Shown one piece after another: positions 39,783 through 54,561 of a stretch of 63,662 nt of DNA. The notes below the pieces were generated by a model. The model was not told the origin of the DNA and did no database searches. It saw only the letters and a program-made list of their open reading frames with translations. Source of the stretch: Octopus bimaculoides. Lineage: Eukaryota. Numbering within the stretch: the first letter of the stretch is position 1; each line of letters starts with the position of its first letter. The stretch spans positions 28,612,051 through 28,675,712 of the forward strand of contig NC_069003.1 in the NCBI RefSeq assembly GCF_001194135.2, given 5' to 3'. The translations under genes were made by a program, and so were the position numbers.

Positions 39783-40731
39783 ATCCACTGAATTGATTGC
39801 TGTTATGTGATTTTTTCTTGTGGGGAGGTAAAATATAGCATTCCACCGCTACCCACCAACCTCGATTATCTTTAACATTGAATAACAACAGTGATCAACT
39901 CAGTAGATCGTGATATCCTGATATGCGTCTGGGAGGCATTCGCTTATCTCATTGATTTTGCCGGTGCTGTAAGTGGCGATCACATTGAATACTTGTAAGA
40001 CAAGAAGTAAAAGTTGATTTACACAGACAGACACCAGACAGACAGACACACACGCACACAGACACACACACAGACACACAGACACACAGGCTCGCACACA
40101 CATACACATATATAAATTGCAGGGCATTAATATGAAATATCTTGTGAGAAAACGACTATGAAGAAGCTAATGTTGGAATATATATATATATATATANNNN
40201 NNNNNNNNNNNNNNNNNNNNNNNNNNNNNNNNNNNNNNNNNNNNNNNNNNNNNNNNNNNNNNNNNNNNNNNNNNNNNNNNNNNNNNNNNNNNNNNNNNNN
40301 NNNNNNNNNNNNNNNNNNNNNNNNNNNNNNNNNNNNNNNNNNNNNNNNNNNNNNNNNNNNNNNNNNNNNNNNNNNNNNNNNNNNNNNNNNNNNNNNNNNN
40401 NNNNNNNNNNNNNNNNNNNNNNNNNNNNNNNNNNNNNNNNNNNNNNNNNNNNNNNNNNNNNNNNNNNNNNNNNNNNNNNNNNNNNNNNNNNNNNNNNNNN
40501 NNNNNNNNNNNNNNNNNNNNNNNNNNNNNNNNNNNNNNNNNNNNNNNNNNNNNNNNNNNNNNNNNNNNNNNNNNNNNNNNNNNNNNNNNNNNNNNNNNNN
40601 NNNNNNNNNNNNNNNNNNNNNNNNNNNNNNNNNNNNNNNNNNNNNNNNNNNNNNNNNNNNNNNNNNNNNNNNNNNNNNNNNNNNNNNNNNNNNNNNNNNN
40701 NNNNNNNNNNNNNNNNNNNNNNNNNNNNNNN

Positions 40732-40960
40732 GTGTGTTGGGGTGTGGAGTAGAAGTGTGAGGGGGTGTTGACGATGAAGGGGGAAGGGGAAGGTGGATGT
40801 AAGAGAGGGGGAAGAGGGGGGAAGATGCATATGGGAGGGGAGAGAAAGAGAGGAGAGAGGGTGGGTATAAGAGAGGGAAGGTGGATTGAGAGAGGGGGAT
40901 TGAGAGAGGGGGAAGATGGGTATGGGAGGAGAGAGAGGAGGAAGGTGGGGGAAGGTGGAT
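40732..40960. repeat. G/A-rich low-complexity tract
   Basis: Direct reading; source of the P/S/L-rich spurious ORFs. Confidence 0.9.
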
Positions 40961-42150
40961 ATATATATATATATATATACCAACATTAGCTTCTTGATGG
41001 CTTTTTTTTTTCTCTGACAAGTTATTTCGTATTAATGTCCTGCAACTTCTATCGTAGGATGATGCTACATAGGTCATCTCAGTTGTATCAACTAACATTT
41101 TCCTAACGTATACTTTGCCAGTAAAATATTTCTGATTGTAAGCATGTTTCTTGTATGTGTCAAAATAAGCCACAGTTTTATTCCAGTGACTGATGTCTTC
41201 AGTTTCAATAGCTATGATTTACGGTCTCGAAACTTAAAGATTATTAAATCATAAGACATGAAGCGTCACGCAGTGAAACAGAAAACACATATTTCATTCA
41301 AGATATTATATCTAACAACAGATTTAAATGAATAATAGCAGTCGGGTTATTTCGATGTGCCTTTACTATATTTTTCGAGATAACCTTTCATCTGAATGAA
41401 ATATTTTTTTCTTTTTCTCCATATATATTTGTAAATGGATTGGTAACTTTGAATTTTATTGGCGAAGGAGAAAATAATTTATCATTAAGAGATTGAAATA
41501 GGAATTTGTGTTGTTAACCATTTTTTTCCTGCAATTCCGTGTGATAAGGAAACAAATATCGCGTTGAATGAAATCTATACATTCGTTGATATGTAAGAAA
41601 TTGATATTTAGTATGTGATTTATTTACGATTGATTATTTTGATACGGCATATTCTCTCTTATCTAAATAATGTAATGTTTTCAAACACAGACGTAAGGTC
41701 ACACACGTGAACAAGGGAGGTGCAGTCGCTCATATCTATCTCACGATTTGATGAAGCGGGGTGGGAAGCGTTACACGGGTGCAACAACCGCCAGAAATGT
41801 CTGACCGATCTCACAGAATTACACACAACCATCATAAAATGAGAGGGATGCAGGGGTAATGAATCTTCCAAAATAAAATGTGAAGGCTAAGAGTTGAATC
41901 TATTTTATCTTAACTTTATCAGATATGTCTTGGATATAAACAACAATTAACTCATAAATTAATTTATCGGATCAGGAGGCAAAATTTTCTTACATGTTCA
42001 GTTCAAATTATGAAATGTAAAATGACGTAACTATATACTACATGGCATTTATTTTGTGGCACCGCCTTCAGAATTCAAATTCTCTCTTGAATTGTTTCCA
42101 TTGCATTTACGATCAATTCAAATGATTAAAATTTTCCCATACGGTGACCC

Positions 42151-42280
<130 letters not shown>

Positions 42281-43498
42281 TTGTGCGTGCGCATGTGTGA
42301 GTGTGTGTAGAAACACATATATTAATTCACATGAAATACTTTTCATTAGCCCGCATATTTGAGAAAACAGAAACGGCACTATTTCATTATCACCTACTCT
42401 CCTGACACCCTAATTCTCTCATAAACAACATGCATATAAAATATATGACTAATGAGGTTTTATGCAGGTTTGGGTCAAACGAATTTCACAATATCACTCT
42501 CTTCAACTTGAAAGTTATTCATTCGCCGTGAAATGTATCCGAATACAGCTGCTACTTAACTACTAGCTACACCAGGGCGACAGAAATCCAGTCTCTCCTA
42601 ATATGTATATATGAATTAATACCACATTGAACTATCTTGTTCCCCTATTACGGTGAAGCCACGATCTTTATCTTCTTGGTCTAATCCACAAAGCACAGTG
42701 CAGATAGAATACACAACAGTTATATTTCTCTATACTCTCTTCTTCTAGGCTCATGCTCTGACCGGATCTAGTCCCTCATACTTGCGTGCTCGTTTTCTGC
42801 TTCCTACCTACAAGCCGAGATAGGACAACAACTTCTGCCATTGAGATAATGTTCCTGTCAAGATGCTTGTACTCTGATTTGCTCCAGAACTTTAGATGTC
42901 ATGATAAATGAACACTGTCTTATTTAGAAATCGGTTGAGTGCAGGCTGGTTCCCGGAATAGCAAACATCAGTATCATTTTAAGAGATAGCTAATCAGATA
43001 AACAGATAAGTCCCATTGAAAGTCTTTATAAAGTCTTTAATCAATTTGGTGTTCTATCCCTTGTCATAGTTCACGAGAATTTTCATTAACGCCAAGGCCT
43101 TTTCTTTGAGACAATTTCGATTATTTTTCGAATTTTAATCGATTAATTCAATTACTAATTTTTTAATGGATTATTTTCTAGTCCCCAAGTAATCGTATTG
43201 ATTGCAAATGCATTGAACAACGGTTTAACCTTCCATGACCTTCAAAGCCTTGTACTTATTGATTATCGATTAAAATTTGAATTTAATACAAAAGGATACA
43301 TAAATTATGGATGCTACCGCTGTCGATAAAAATTTGATCGAAATATCAATCGAGTAGTGGACAGATCCAGTGGTATACGTTATAAGTATTACTTCGGGTG
43401 TTGTATTTTAAGATTTGTGGCTACGTATACAGGTGTATATAAGCATTGCAACTGGTCATTATATTTAGCGTGAAGATTAACGTTATCGTATTCAATAT

Positions 43499-43535
<37 letters not shown>

Positions 43536-43567
43536 ATATTAAAATATCATTAATATAACATAACGTT

Positions 43568-43912
43568 TGTGAGCTGGCAGCATCGTTAGCATGTCGGGCA
43601 GAATCTTTAGCAGCATTTCGTCTGTTATTACGTTCCGCTCTCGAAATTGCTGTCCTTGTGCCAATATTTGAAACTACTATAAAATAATGGCGGTCAACTG
43701 ACAAAATCATTAGCACGCCGGGAGAAATTTTTAGCGGCACTTTGTCGGTCCTTATGTCCTGAGTTCAAATGTTGTCATTTATCATTTCAGCGTCGATAAA
43801 ATAAATACAGGTGTATCGATTAATCCTACCCACCAAATTGTTGTCCTTGAGCCAAAATTTGAAATGATTAGTAATCTAACATCCGTCGAGGTCGACGTTG
43901 CCTTTCATCCTT
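43568..43912 (+). mobile_element. cluster of degenerate family-A SINE pieces
   Basis: GAGCTGGCAGCATCGTTAGC, TTAGCACGCCGGG...GAGTTCAAAT and GAGGTCGACGTTGCCTTTCATCC blocks. Confidence 0.75.
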
Positions 43913-43956
43913 AAAATTCAGATATCATCAGAAAAAGGTAATTAAAATTCATTAAA

Positions 43957-44118
43957 ATGACGGATCTAACGGACTTTCAAAGAGGTCAAATAGTTGGTGC
44001 TCGTATGGCTGGCGCTAGCGTAAGGAAAACAGCCAAAATGTTTGCTATATCAAGAAGTGCTGTCTCGAAAGTAATGACAGCCTTTGAGAAAGAGGGAAAA
44101 ACTTCCTCGTCGAAACAA
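43957..44118 (+). mobile_element. Tc1-like transposase N-terminus (54 aa, truncated)
   Basis: MTDLTDFQRGQIVGARMAGASVRKTAKMFAISRSAVSKVMTAFEKEGKTSSSKQ, the classic Tc1 paired-like HTH start. Confidence 0.92.
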
Positions 44119-46141
44119 GATTCATAGAAGCAATATTTGGGATTAATTTTTGTATATTTTATCTTCGTAATTGTTCAAGCTCAATTCATTTCAAAGAATT
44201 CGTTAATTAAAACAAAACAAGTAAATTAAGCAAAATAATTAAGCAAAATTTAAACGGAACCTTTATAAAATAAGAATAATTTCTGAAATAAAAGTACAAA
44301 AGAATAAGACGAGAAAGAGAATTACTTTTAAATGTTCCCTGATATGAAATGTGTATTCTAAAATTTATTTTTAATATAATTTTGTATTCCCCGTATTGCA
44401 AATTGCATTTTAATACATCCCCAAGACGATTGAAATCAAGTGAATAAAATTATCGATACAAAACGTTGAACAGCAGCACGTTTTTATTGCTTAAATAATT
44501 GTAAATTGAATGAGGTTTTGAATTCGTGGTATTTAGTTCTATTAATAATTGTCTAATTGTTCTGTACCCCATCATCCCCTAAAACGATTAGTCTTTATAT
44601 GCACCAACTGAGGTTAACATTTCAATAATATAAAAGATACTGGTCTCGTAATGTGCAAAAGAATAAATTAGAAAAAAAATTAAAACGAACAAACACATCT
44701 AGTCATACCCAGAATGGAAAATAAAGGCAAGACGACAGAAGACAGCAAAAGAGAATTTGTTTAGTCATCAGTTTCTAATGAATAATGAATAAATATTGAG
44801 AGAACTAACCACTGTTTCCGGCGTATAGCAAATTAAATGACCTAAGCTTCTATATTCAATGAACTATTTTTTTGCATATTTCGACGAAAATATGTAGCGC
44901 ACATGCATTTAAAATAGCCTCCTAGACTGAAGAGAAAGAGAAAGTAATCTTGAGACCAGAGACTTAGCAGGAATACGTTCGAAAAGGTTTTAAGAAATGT
45001 ACGCAATCACAAAGACGTGATAGATACTACACCAGGTGACTAATAGTATCTTAACCACCAAAAATCAAGTAAAATTAACGGAACTAGTCTTCTGACAGGA
45101 TTCTCCACAGAGAATCCATGAAATTTCACTCACAATATTCTGGTGGAAGAAAAGTTATACTGAAAGAGATTTTCTCAAAATGCTATGAAATGGGAAGCCA
45201 TTTTAAAAACTTCATTCTGTCAACACCAGAAATGTAAATTCTTCCCTGAAGACGGAGGCTGGTGTTATCGGATGCTGGAATACTGTTACAATCATTACTT
45301 TGGACCACCAAGACCCCGGAAAACAGCTGTAGGACTCGTAAAACTCTTACCCAATCCCTTTAATTCTTGATATCATTTCAATTATGTGTAAGTCGGACTA
45401 TTTCATATGTATACATATGTACGTGTTTCATATCAATGTATTTAATATTTTCGCATATCGACTTGCCTAACTTGCTTGTCCTTACATTTATNNNNNNNNN
45501 NNNNNNNNNNNNNNNNNNNNNNNNNNNNNNNNNNNNNNNNNNNNNNNNNNNNNNNNNNNNNNNNNNNNNNNNNNNNNNNNNNNNNNNNNNNNNNNNNNNN
45601 NNNNNNNNNNNNNNNNNNNNNNNNNNNNNNNNNNNNNNNNNNNNNNNNNNNNNNNNNNNNNNNNNNNNNNNNNNNNNNNNNNNNNNNNNNNNNNNNNNNN
45701 NNNNNNNNNNNNNNNNNNNNNNNNNNNNNNNNNNNNNNNNNNNNNNNNNNNNNNNNNNNNNNNNNNNNNNNNNNNNNNNNNNNNNNNNNNNNNNNNNNNN
45801 NNNNNNNNNNNNNNNNNNNNNNNNNNNNNNNNNNNNNNNNNNNNNNNNNNNNNNNNNNNNNNNNNNNNNNNNNNNNNNNNNNNNNNNNNNNNNNNNNNNN
45901 NNNNNNNNNNNNNNNNNNNNNNNNNNNNNNNNNNNNNNNNNNNNNNNNNNNNNNNNNNNNNNNNNNNNNNNNNNNNNNNNNNNNNNNNNNNNNNNNNNNN
46001 NNNNNNNNNNNNNNNNNNNNNNNNNNNNNNNNNNNNNNNNNNNNNNNNNNNNNNNNNNNNNNNNNNNNNNNNNNNNNNNNNNNNNNNNNNNNNNNNNNNN
46101 NNNNNNNNNNNNNNNNNNNNNNNNNNNNNNNNNNNNNNNNN

Positions 46142-46187
<46 letters not shown>

Positions 46188-48313
46188 TGTGTGTATATGT
46201 GTGTGTGTTTATGAATTTATGTATGTAAGAATATATATATGTGCGTGTATGCGTCTGAGTGAGTGTAAATAAAATCGCGCGATGGAGCGTTGAAACAAGT
46301 CGTATTTAACACATTTAAGCTCATTTGGATGTAGGATCATTGTGGCACGATCCAATGACGTCATTCTTAGCCCAATGCATTTTCACACATGTCGTGCAAC
46401 AGAAGAATTTTCTGTCGGCCATATTTTCGCAGTAGTAGGTCTTCTGAAGTCGAGTTGTGCTCGAGAATTTTAAAGAAAACTTGAAGCAATGATATATAAA
46501 TGTTACAGTTATAGATACATACATGCTTATATTTATATACATGCACTCACACATGTGTATATACATATGTACGCTCATACACACATACAACATTGTATAT
46601 GTATACACACACACACACACACACCAACCCACTCACAAATATATATATATATATACACACACACAGATATATGAGTAAACTAACATTCATACAATATCTA
46701 TGCATGTATATGCATACACAGAAGCGTACACATATCAGAATATACACATCAACACATTCGGCTCTCTATATATTTGTACAAACACATATAAATATACTTG
46801 TACGAGCGAGCATAATTGTGATCGTGCATGAGATATTCATGACAAAATGGACGAGACAGAAATATAGAAGACTAAGCGACTAATATCTAACTCTTTCATC
46901 TAGAATGTTTATATTTCGAAAACATAACGAAAATATAACTAAAACATTATGATCTTCATGATAAATAACATGCGAAATAGCATTAATAATTTTTATCAAA
47001 CCCATTGTTACACTATTGATATGTTCTGCCGTTCATATTGTCCGAAACTTTTTTTTATCTCTTTTCTTAATTCTCTATTTCATAGTCTGGAATCAATATT
47101 GTCTTTCAATCAAAAGTGTTTTCGTTACTTGTAAACCGAGAATCTGATTACATGCTTCTTAATTCAGAAATTAAAATATGTTCACAGAAACATGAGCAGA
47201 AAGAATATGGTAAATAAATGCCTATACGAAATTCCTTTCCCCACCATACACCTCCCCCCCCCACCCCCAAAAAAAATAAAACAGAAAAAAAGTATGTCAG
47301 CTATACAGCCATATGATAATAACGAAAAATAAATGTATATACTGTACAGTATATCATATATCTTGATTCTTTTTCATCCTTTCTATTATATATATTCTAA
47401 CGGATATTATGGAAGTGCATCAAGCAGGAAAGAATATGATCGAAACTTCGCTGCAATTTGAACTCATAAGATAGAGGTACTCAATAAAATTGACATATAC
47501 ATGTACACATACTCACTCACACAAACACACAAACACACACATATTATATACTGAGAGAGAGTAGAGAGACAGAGAGACAGAGAGATTGATATATATATAT
47601 ATATATATACATATATATTTACGTACATACACACAGACTCACACACATACACACACTTTCACACATATGTGCACGCACACACACACACGTACATATGTAC
47701 ATATGTACATATATACAAGTATACATATAAATATCCAATATAATTACACGTACGCACACACACGCACACACAGACACACATGAGTGTGTGAATGTGCATG
47801 TATATAAAATAAGCTGTTCATATATGTACAGGCTGACGTTTCATAAACATGCATGAATATCCGTTGCATAAATAAAACTTTGGCTCAACCACAACGTTCT
47901 TTGTGCAACAGAAATCGAAGAAATGTAGTTAGAACTCGTCATTGGTGGCCCATAAGAAATGTGGGTTTGCGGGTGTGAGTGTGCATGTGTGTATGCCAGA
48001 GTGTGTTTTCGCTTGGGTGATGAAACCAAAAGGACGAAATAGTCAACCGCTAATTATTAATAAGCCCATATTACTATTTGCATCAGATTGTGTGATTATT
48101 CATTTGCATATGTATCTATGCGCCAGTGATGCGTTAAAAATTGCCACTTGACTTAAACAGAGAGCCCGTGGTTTAGCCATGAGATCTGCTTTCACGATTG
48201 AACAAGCTTTTGTGTATTAATCATACTTAAGCATATTAATTTCAGGTGCGCATATAAACCCGCATGCTATACATATACATGCTCGCATATAATACGCACA
48301 CAGAATATATATA

Positions 48314-48355
<42 letters not shown>

Positions 48356-48481
48356 CGTATGTTTGTGTACAATCATCTGCATCAGTAGACGCTTTCCGTT
48401 GGTACACGGAAATTGTAAAATTAGGTGACATAAATGAGATCTTTTATACACACAAACATACAAACACACACACGCACACAC

Positions 48482-48573
<92 letters not shown>

Positions 48574-48780
48574 GTATATATATCTATGTACATAGGAATA
48601 TATATTTATATATATACGTGTGCGTGTGTGTGTGTATATATATATATAATCATAAATATATAGGGATTAGCAGTAGCCCGCTTCTCCAACATTCTGAGAA
48701 TTCAGAAATAGCAGTTAAAGAACTAATTATTAGTAATTGACGATTCCCTGCCCTATATATCTATATTTTATATATATATG

Positions 48781-48905
48781 GATGCCACGTCCCGGTTTCC
48801 ATCTACCAAATTCAGTCACTAGATTTTGGTCGGCCCATGGTTAAATCAGAAGACACATGCCCCAGGTGCCACGCACTTGTATCATATGGAAACGAAACAT
48901 ATTGG
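48781..48905 (-). mobile_element. family-C SINE fragment
   Basis: TTTCCATCTACCAAATTCA...TTTGGTCGGCCC...GAAGACACATGCCCCAGGTGCCACGC. Confidence 0.7.
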
Positions 48906-48916
48906 GAGAGAGAGAG

Positions 48917-48974
<58 letters not shown>

Positions 48975-49359
48975 GTGGGGACGGAGAGAGAGAAAGCTTT
49001 CGTGGAAATTCTTTGTACAATGCAAATATATATGCGCACGTTAACTAGCAAGATATTAAATTCTGTGTAATCTTCTCTGTGTGTGTGACACATGACTTAG
49101 TTCCATGTGTGTCAGTATGCATGTGCGTTTGTCGCATTCATGGGTGTATGTATGTGTGTGTGAGTGTGTGTTTCTGAGTGTGTATTTATTTTAGTATGCG
49201 CGTGTGGTACTTTGTCTTATTTCTGTTCCTTCAATAGTGTGAAGATATATCTGTGTGGATGTTGCTTGTGTGCTGTGTGTGTATGGGTGTATATAATGTA
49301 TGTAAATATGTTTCTATCCGGCTGTCTGTCTATCCATCCAAGTATCCATGCATACATGC

Positions 49360-49414
<55 letters not shown>

Positions 49415-49415
49415 G

Positions 49416-49458
<43 letters not shown>

Positions 49459-49842
49459 GATCTATCTGTTTCAGATTAAAACTGAAATTGTTCAAAAACC
49501 GATACAATGCAAACTGAGATAACACATTGATAAATAAAATAATGAAAACAAGAGATAAGAGATAATAGCAAGACTCGAAAGACCCGAACCTAACCATTTT
49601 CCTGACGAAGTCCCATTAACCTTGCAACATAGAAATATTAAATAATGTACAAACATTTGTGTTATCTTCGTTCTCATTACCACTTCGTTCATTCAGCATT
49701 GTATTGATTTTTTCAATAATATCAATTTTATCCTTGGATATCACACAATGCTCCACTGGCATTGCTCTACGCATATATATGTGCTCTTACATACAAATAT
49801 ATACACAAAGTATTTACGTACATACATACATACTTATATATA

Positions 49843-50058
49843 AGAGGATGTGTTGAAAAGTTCTTGGCTTTAGTGAAAACAAAATACTGGTGGATCAGGA
49901 ATTATGATTTTATTCAACATATTCCCTTCTCAGATTCATACAGTTATTGCAGTAAACATTCAGTTTTTCTAAGTCCTGTAAACGAATTCGGAAGGTGGGG
50001 ACAAAAACCTCGTCTTTCATGACATCCTTAAAGCCAGAAACTTTTCAGAACCTCCTCG
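49843..50058. mobile_element. Tc1/mariner-type MITE (~216 bp)
   Basis: Imperfect ~30-bp TIRs (AGAGGATGTGTTGAAAAGTTCTTGGCTTTA and TAAAGCCAGAAACTTTTCAGAACCTCCTCG), TA on both flanks, no ORF. Confidence 0.8.
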
Positions 50059-50074
50059 TATATGCTCATATATA

Positions 50075-50355
50075 CTCGTTTACTCTTTTGCTTGTATCAA
50101 TCATTTGACTGCTGCCATGCTGGAGCACCGCTTTTGCTCGAACAAATCGAGCCCAAGACTTATTCTTCGTAAGCCTGGTACTTATTCTATTGGTCTCTTT
50201 CACCGAAACGCTAAGTTACGGTGACATAAACACACCAAGTTATTGGTGCAGGCTTGGCACCTGAGGCACGTGTCTTCTATTATAGCTTCGGGCCAACCAA
50301 ATGCCTAGTGAGTTAACCGTGGATTTGGTAGACGGAAACATAAAGAAGCCTGTCG

Positions 50356-50419
<64 letters not shown>

Positions 50420-50810
50420 TGTGTATACATGAATTTATGTGTGTGTGTCTGTGTTTGCCATCGCTTGACATCTGATGTTGGTGTGTTTATGTCCCGTAAC
50501 CTAGCGGTATAGCAAAAGACACCGATAGAATATGTACCAGGCTTACAAACAATAAGTCCTGGGGTCAATGTAATCGACTCATCTCCGTGTCCTCCAAGCT
50601 GCCCTTGTGGCAAGAATTTGAAATAATTAGTTGAATCTTTGTTAAGTCGTTAGTACGCCGGGCGAAATTCTTAGTGGTATTTCGTCTGTCACCACGTCAG
50701 GAGTTCAAATTCCCCCGAGGGTCAATGAAATAAGTACCAGCTACGCACTACGGTTGATTTAATCGGCTTAACAAGCTGCACTTGTGACAAAATTTGAAAT
50801 CATTATTAGC
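50075..50810. mobile_element. SINE nest: family-C 3' half (-, 50075-50238), family-C (+, 50246-50580) with internal (TA)n(TG)n, family-A pieces (+)
   Basis: Diagnostic GCTGCCATGCTGGAGCACCGC, GGATTTGGTAGACGGAAAC and GATAGAATA.GTACCAGGCTTAC blocks. Confidence 0.85.
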
Positions 50811-50946
50811 ACCTGTGTTACCACGAGTTTTGGTATCGCATTTATAATTTATTTTCTAGTATTTCAATGAGAAAGATATTAAATGAGAGGTAGAGTAATT
50901 CAAAAGCTCAATTTTCATAATCTTTCGTACCACCAAACCAAGAAGG

Positions 50947-51086
50947 TCCTTCTTCTTCTTCTTCTTCTTCTTCTTCTTCTTCTTCTTCTTCTTCTTCTTC
51001 TTCTTCTTCTTCTTCTTCTTTTTCTTCTTCTTCTTCTTCTTCTTCTTCTTCTTCTTCTTCTTCTTCTTCTTCTTCTTCTTCTTCTT
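50947..51086. repeat. (CTT)n microsatellite running into a gap
   Basis: Direct reading. Confidence 0.95.
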
Positions 51087-51195
51087 NNNNNNNNNNNNNN
51101 NNNNNNNNNNNNNNNNNNNNNNNNNNNNNNTTATTATTATTATTATTATTATTATCTTATGATTATTATTATTATTATAAATTGTTATTATTATT

Positions 51196-51420
51196 AAGGC
51201 GGCGAGCTGGCAGAATCGATAGCACGTTCGGCGAAATGATTAGTGGTATTGCGCTCGTTGCTCCGTTTTGAGATCTAATTCCGCCGAGGTCAACTTTGCC
51301 TTTCATCATTTCGTGGGGTTGATGAATTAAGTAGCACTTGTGTACTGAGGTCGATTTAATCGACGGCTCGCCATCAAGAAAAAAAAAAAAAAAATGGCCG
51401 TGTGCCTAGAGTAGAAGGGA
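51196..51420 (+). mobile_element. full-length family-A SINE between (ATT)n tracts
   Basis: AAGGCGGCGAGCTGGCAGAATCG head through GTGCCTAGAGTAGAAGGGATTATT tail. Confidence 0.88.
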
Positions 51421-52283
51421 TTATTATTATTATTATTATTATTATCATTATTGTTATTATTTAGAAAGTAGAGCACTCTCCACTCTCCTTACAAGTCCTC
51501 CCAGTTCCTTAACGTTAATGAACGTATGTGTTCACCTGGAGATTTTGCAGCTTGATAAGTGTAATGAAAATAAGGAAAAAGGAAATATGCCTGGACGTTA
51601 CAATAATGAAAAAGAATACAGCTAATAGTCAAGTATTAAAGCGGCTTAATAAACATGATGAGACGATGAAGATGAAGAAGACTAAGCTTAAATAAGTTTA
51701 ATCAGAGCTGAGTAGATGTATTCGTTTTATTTGTCGGTTATATAAAGAAAATGGATTTATATTTCAGTGCTGAATTATATCAAGTCGGTAAGTAAGCAAT
51801 CATTTGTACGCGACAGAGGTATTAGCATTATACATTGTACTCTTTCTGCTGTTGTTTATGTAACGGTATCGATGACCTCCAAGTTATGTCGGCCGTGAAT
51901 TATGATAAATGGATAATTTAAATTTATAAAGTTAAAATATATTGTATAAATGTTTATATTTATAAAGTTATTATGGAGTGAAGATATAAGAAGACATTAA
52001 GCTTCTTGTTAAATACAGGAGATTTATATAAATCTGATATTTCTGTCAGAAACACTCCGAACGGTTATATTATACATTGGTTTTATTCAAATTTCATATT
52101 CTATGCAATACAGCTTCATCGACTCTAATTATAACGCCAATGCGGAGTAGACGTTAAAATAGATAAAGTATTAATGTCTATAATGAAATATATTTATACC
52201 TAAGCACTGCCACTTAGGTTTAATCGATTTTGTTTCCAATTTAAGGAGATATGCATATCAAGGAATTTATTTTCAGATTCCAT

Positions 52284-52495
52284 TTAGTCTGTCCACTTAG
52301 AAATGATTTTCTTATTCTGTTTGAAAGCTGACAGAGCGTTTGATTTAGATAACGTAAGAGTTAATCTGAATATTGAATAATTAAATATTGTAATGATTTT
52401 CAAGTATGAAAATATTTTGTCAGTTAAAAATATTTCTAGTGACACGTCTCCGTAATTATTTTCTTTAGTATAAACTTTATCAAAGGTCATATTTC
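52284..52495 (-). CDS. weak candidate exon (NMTFDKVYTKENNYGDVSLEIFLTDK...)
   Basis: Acceptor cttatcttctccactatttactgtgtag and about 70 open codons; no clear donor and no homology. Confidence 0.2.
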
Positions 52496-52660
52496 CTACA
52501 CAGTAAATAGTGGAGAAGATAAGATTTTAAATCTTAATTTAAAAAGTAAGATATGTATATTTGAGTATTGCAGCTGCTAAGTTCCTGAATAGATAACTAG
52601 ACATCGCATCATAGAAAACAAGTCACATGATAAGAAAGAATAGAAGACATAATAATCCAA

Positions 52661-53180
52661 TAATCCATTTTATTAAAGGCACCAGGTCTGAAATTTTGGG
52701 ACTGGAGTAGTCGATTGCATCGGCCCCAATGCTTAACTGGTTGTTATTTTTAACAACCCCGAGAGGATGAAAGGCAAAATCGACCCCGGCGGAATTTGAA
52801 CTTAGAGCAAAAAGCTGGAAGAAATCTGCGAAGGATTTTTTGTTCGGCATAACACTCCTTTCTATTATAGGCACAGAGCATAACTGGTGCTTATTTTTAT
52901 CGAGCCCGCGGAATTTGAGCTCAGAATGTAAATCTATAGATTTTTGTAATTGATATTTATTCATTGCCTGCGAGCTGGCAGAACTGTTGGCACGCTGGAC
53001 AAAATTCTTAGTAGTATTTCACCCGTCGCTACGTTCTGAGTTCAAATTCCGCCGAGGTCGACTTTACCTTTCATACTTTCGGGGTCGATAAGTTTAGTTC
53101 CAGTTGAGTACTGTGGTCGATGTAATCGAATATCCCCTCCACCAAATTTCAGGCCTTGTGCCTATAATAGAAAGGATATT
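52661..53180. mobile_element. head-to-head family-A SINEs (- 52661-52852, partial - 52861-52930, + 52966-53180)
   Basis: The core block is read in both orientations. Confidence 0.88.
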
Positions 53181-53573
53181 TATTGCCCTCTTGAAAGAAT
53201 AAATGAAGATTTTGTCATGGTGTGATTCGAACACCGAAAGTAAATACCATAAACTACGTAAGATACCTGCACGCCATTTCGTCCGCTGCCTTTCTTTTCA
53301 TTCTGCTAATGCACAATCTATCTTCGGCTATTTGAATATGATGATGTATATTAAGTTTTATATTTGATAGCAAGACTTAATTATCGGCCAGACTAAACTA
53401 CTGTAGATAGGCCGACTTCGTTGTAATCAGTTTATAAGAGAACTAGAGGCGAAGGCATATCTATTACCACTTTGTATCACCAATTCAACTATGAAGGTTG
53501 GCTATTAACAAAGACACGCAATGATAATAACCATCATTGAGAATATTGTACACGCACACAAGCACAAATATGC

Positions 53574-53610
<37 letters not shown>

Positions 53611-54372
53611 TATATATATGCATATATATATCCATTTATATATGTATGTGTAAATATACACCACATGAGGGTATTTAAGATAAATGTATCAAATGATACA
53701 TCTCAGATGAAACAAAATTCTATTTAAATAAGATAACAATATTTCATTGACTTGCGTTAAATTCTTTTTCTACGTTACTTAGGGAAAAATCTTCCCGTTG
53801 GCTTCAGTTTCTAAATGAATTGAGAGAGTAGTACTTTAGGGGCAATTCAGTCCTAAAAGACATATTTAAGATCAAAAGCCTTCCAACGATTCTCATTTCA
53901 TCTGTATCTTTATAGAAGCACTTTAATATAACCCTATGTATCCTACTTTTGGATGAGTTTTGTGCTTGTAGCTTGTCTAACAACCGCGAGGAAATCTCCA
54001 CGTCCGTTCGCCTATTACCCTATTACCAATTCTTAATGTACTCCAATATTTATATTAACTCCAGTTACTGCACGATGATGTCGTTTAGTGAAAGAGCAAG
54101 TATTTAAACTATTACCTAAAAATGCTTTATGGAGTTTCTTTCACATCAATAACTAAATATATTATCTAACACAATGGTGGATATCATTATCCATTGTCTG
54201 GCAATTTCATTTATTAGATATTACCGAATAACGATATGACTATTTAAAATTTAATTATTCATTTTGCCGAATGATTTACCGTAAACTTCATTAGATTTCT
54301 ACAATGCTATTAGCACGTTATAGACAAATAATTTGATAAATCATTTGATATGATATATGGGTATACAATATG

Positions 54373-54376
<4 letters not shown>

Positions 54377-54455
<79 letters not shown>
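54377..54455. repeat. long (TA)n
   Basis: Direct reading. Confidence 0.95.
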
Positions 54456-54462
<7 letters not shown>

Positions 54463-54523
54463 CAATATATATATATACATACTTATATACAAACACATAT
54501 GCATACATATTTATATATATATT

Positions 54524-54561
<38 letters not shown>

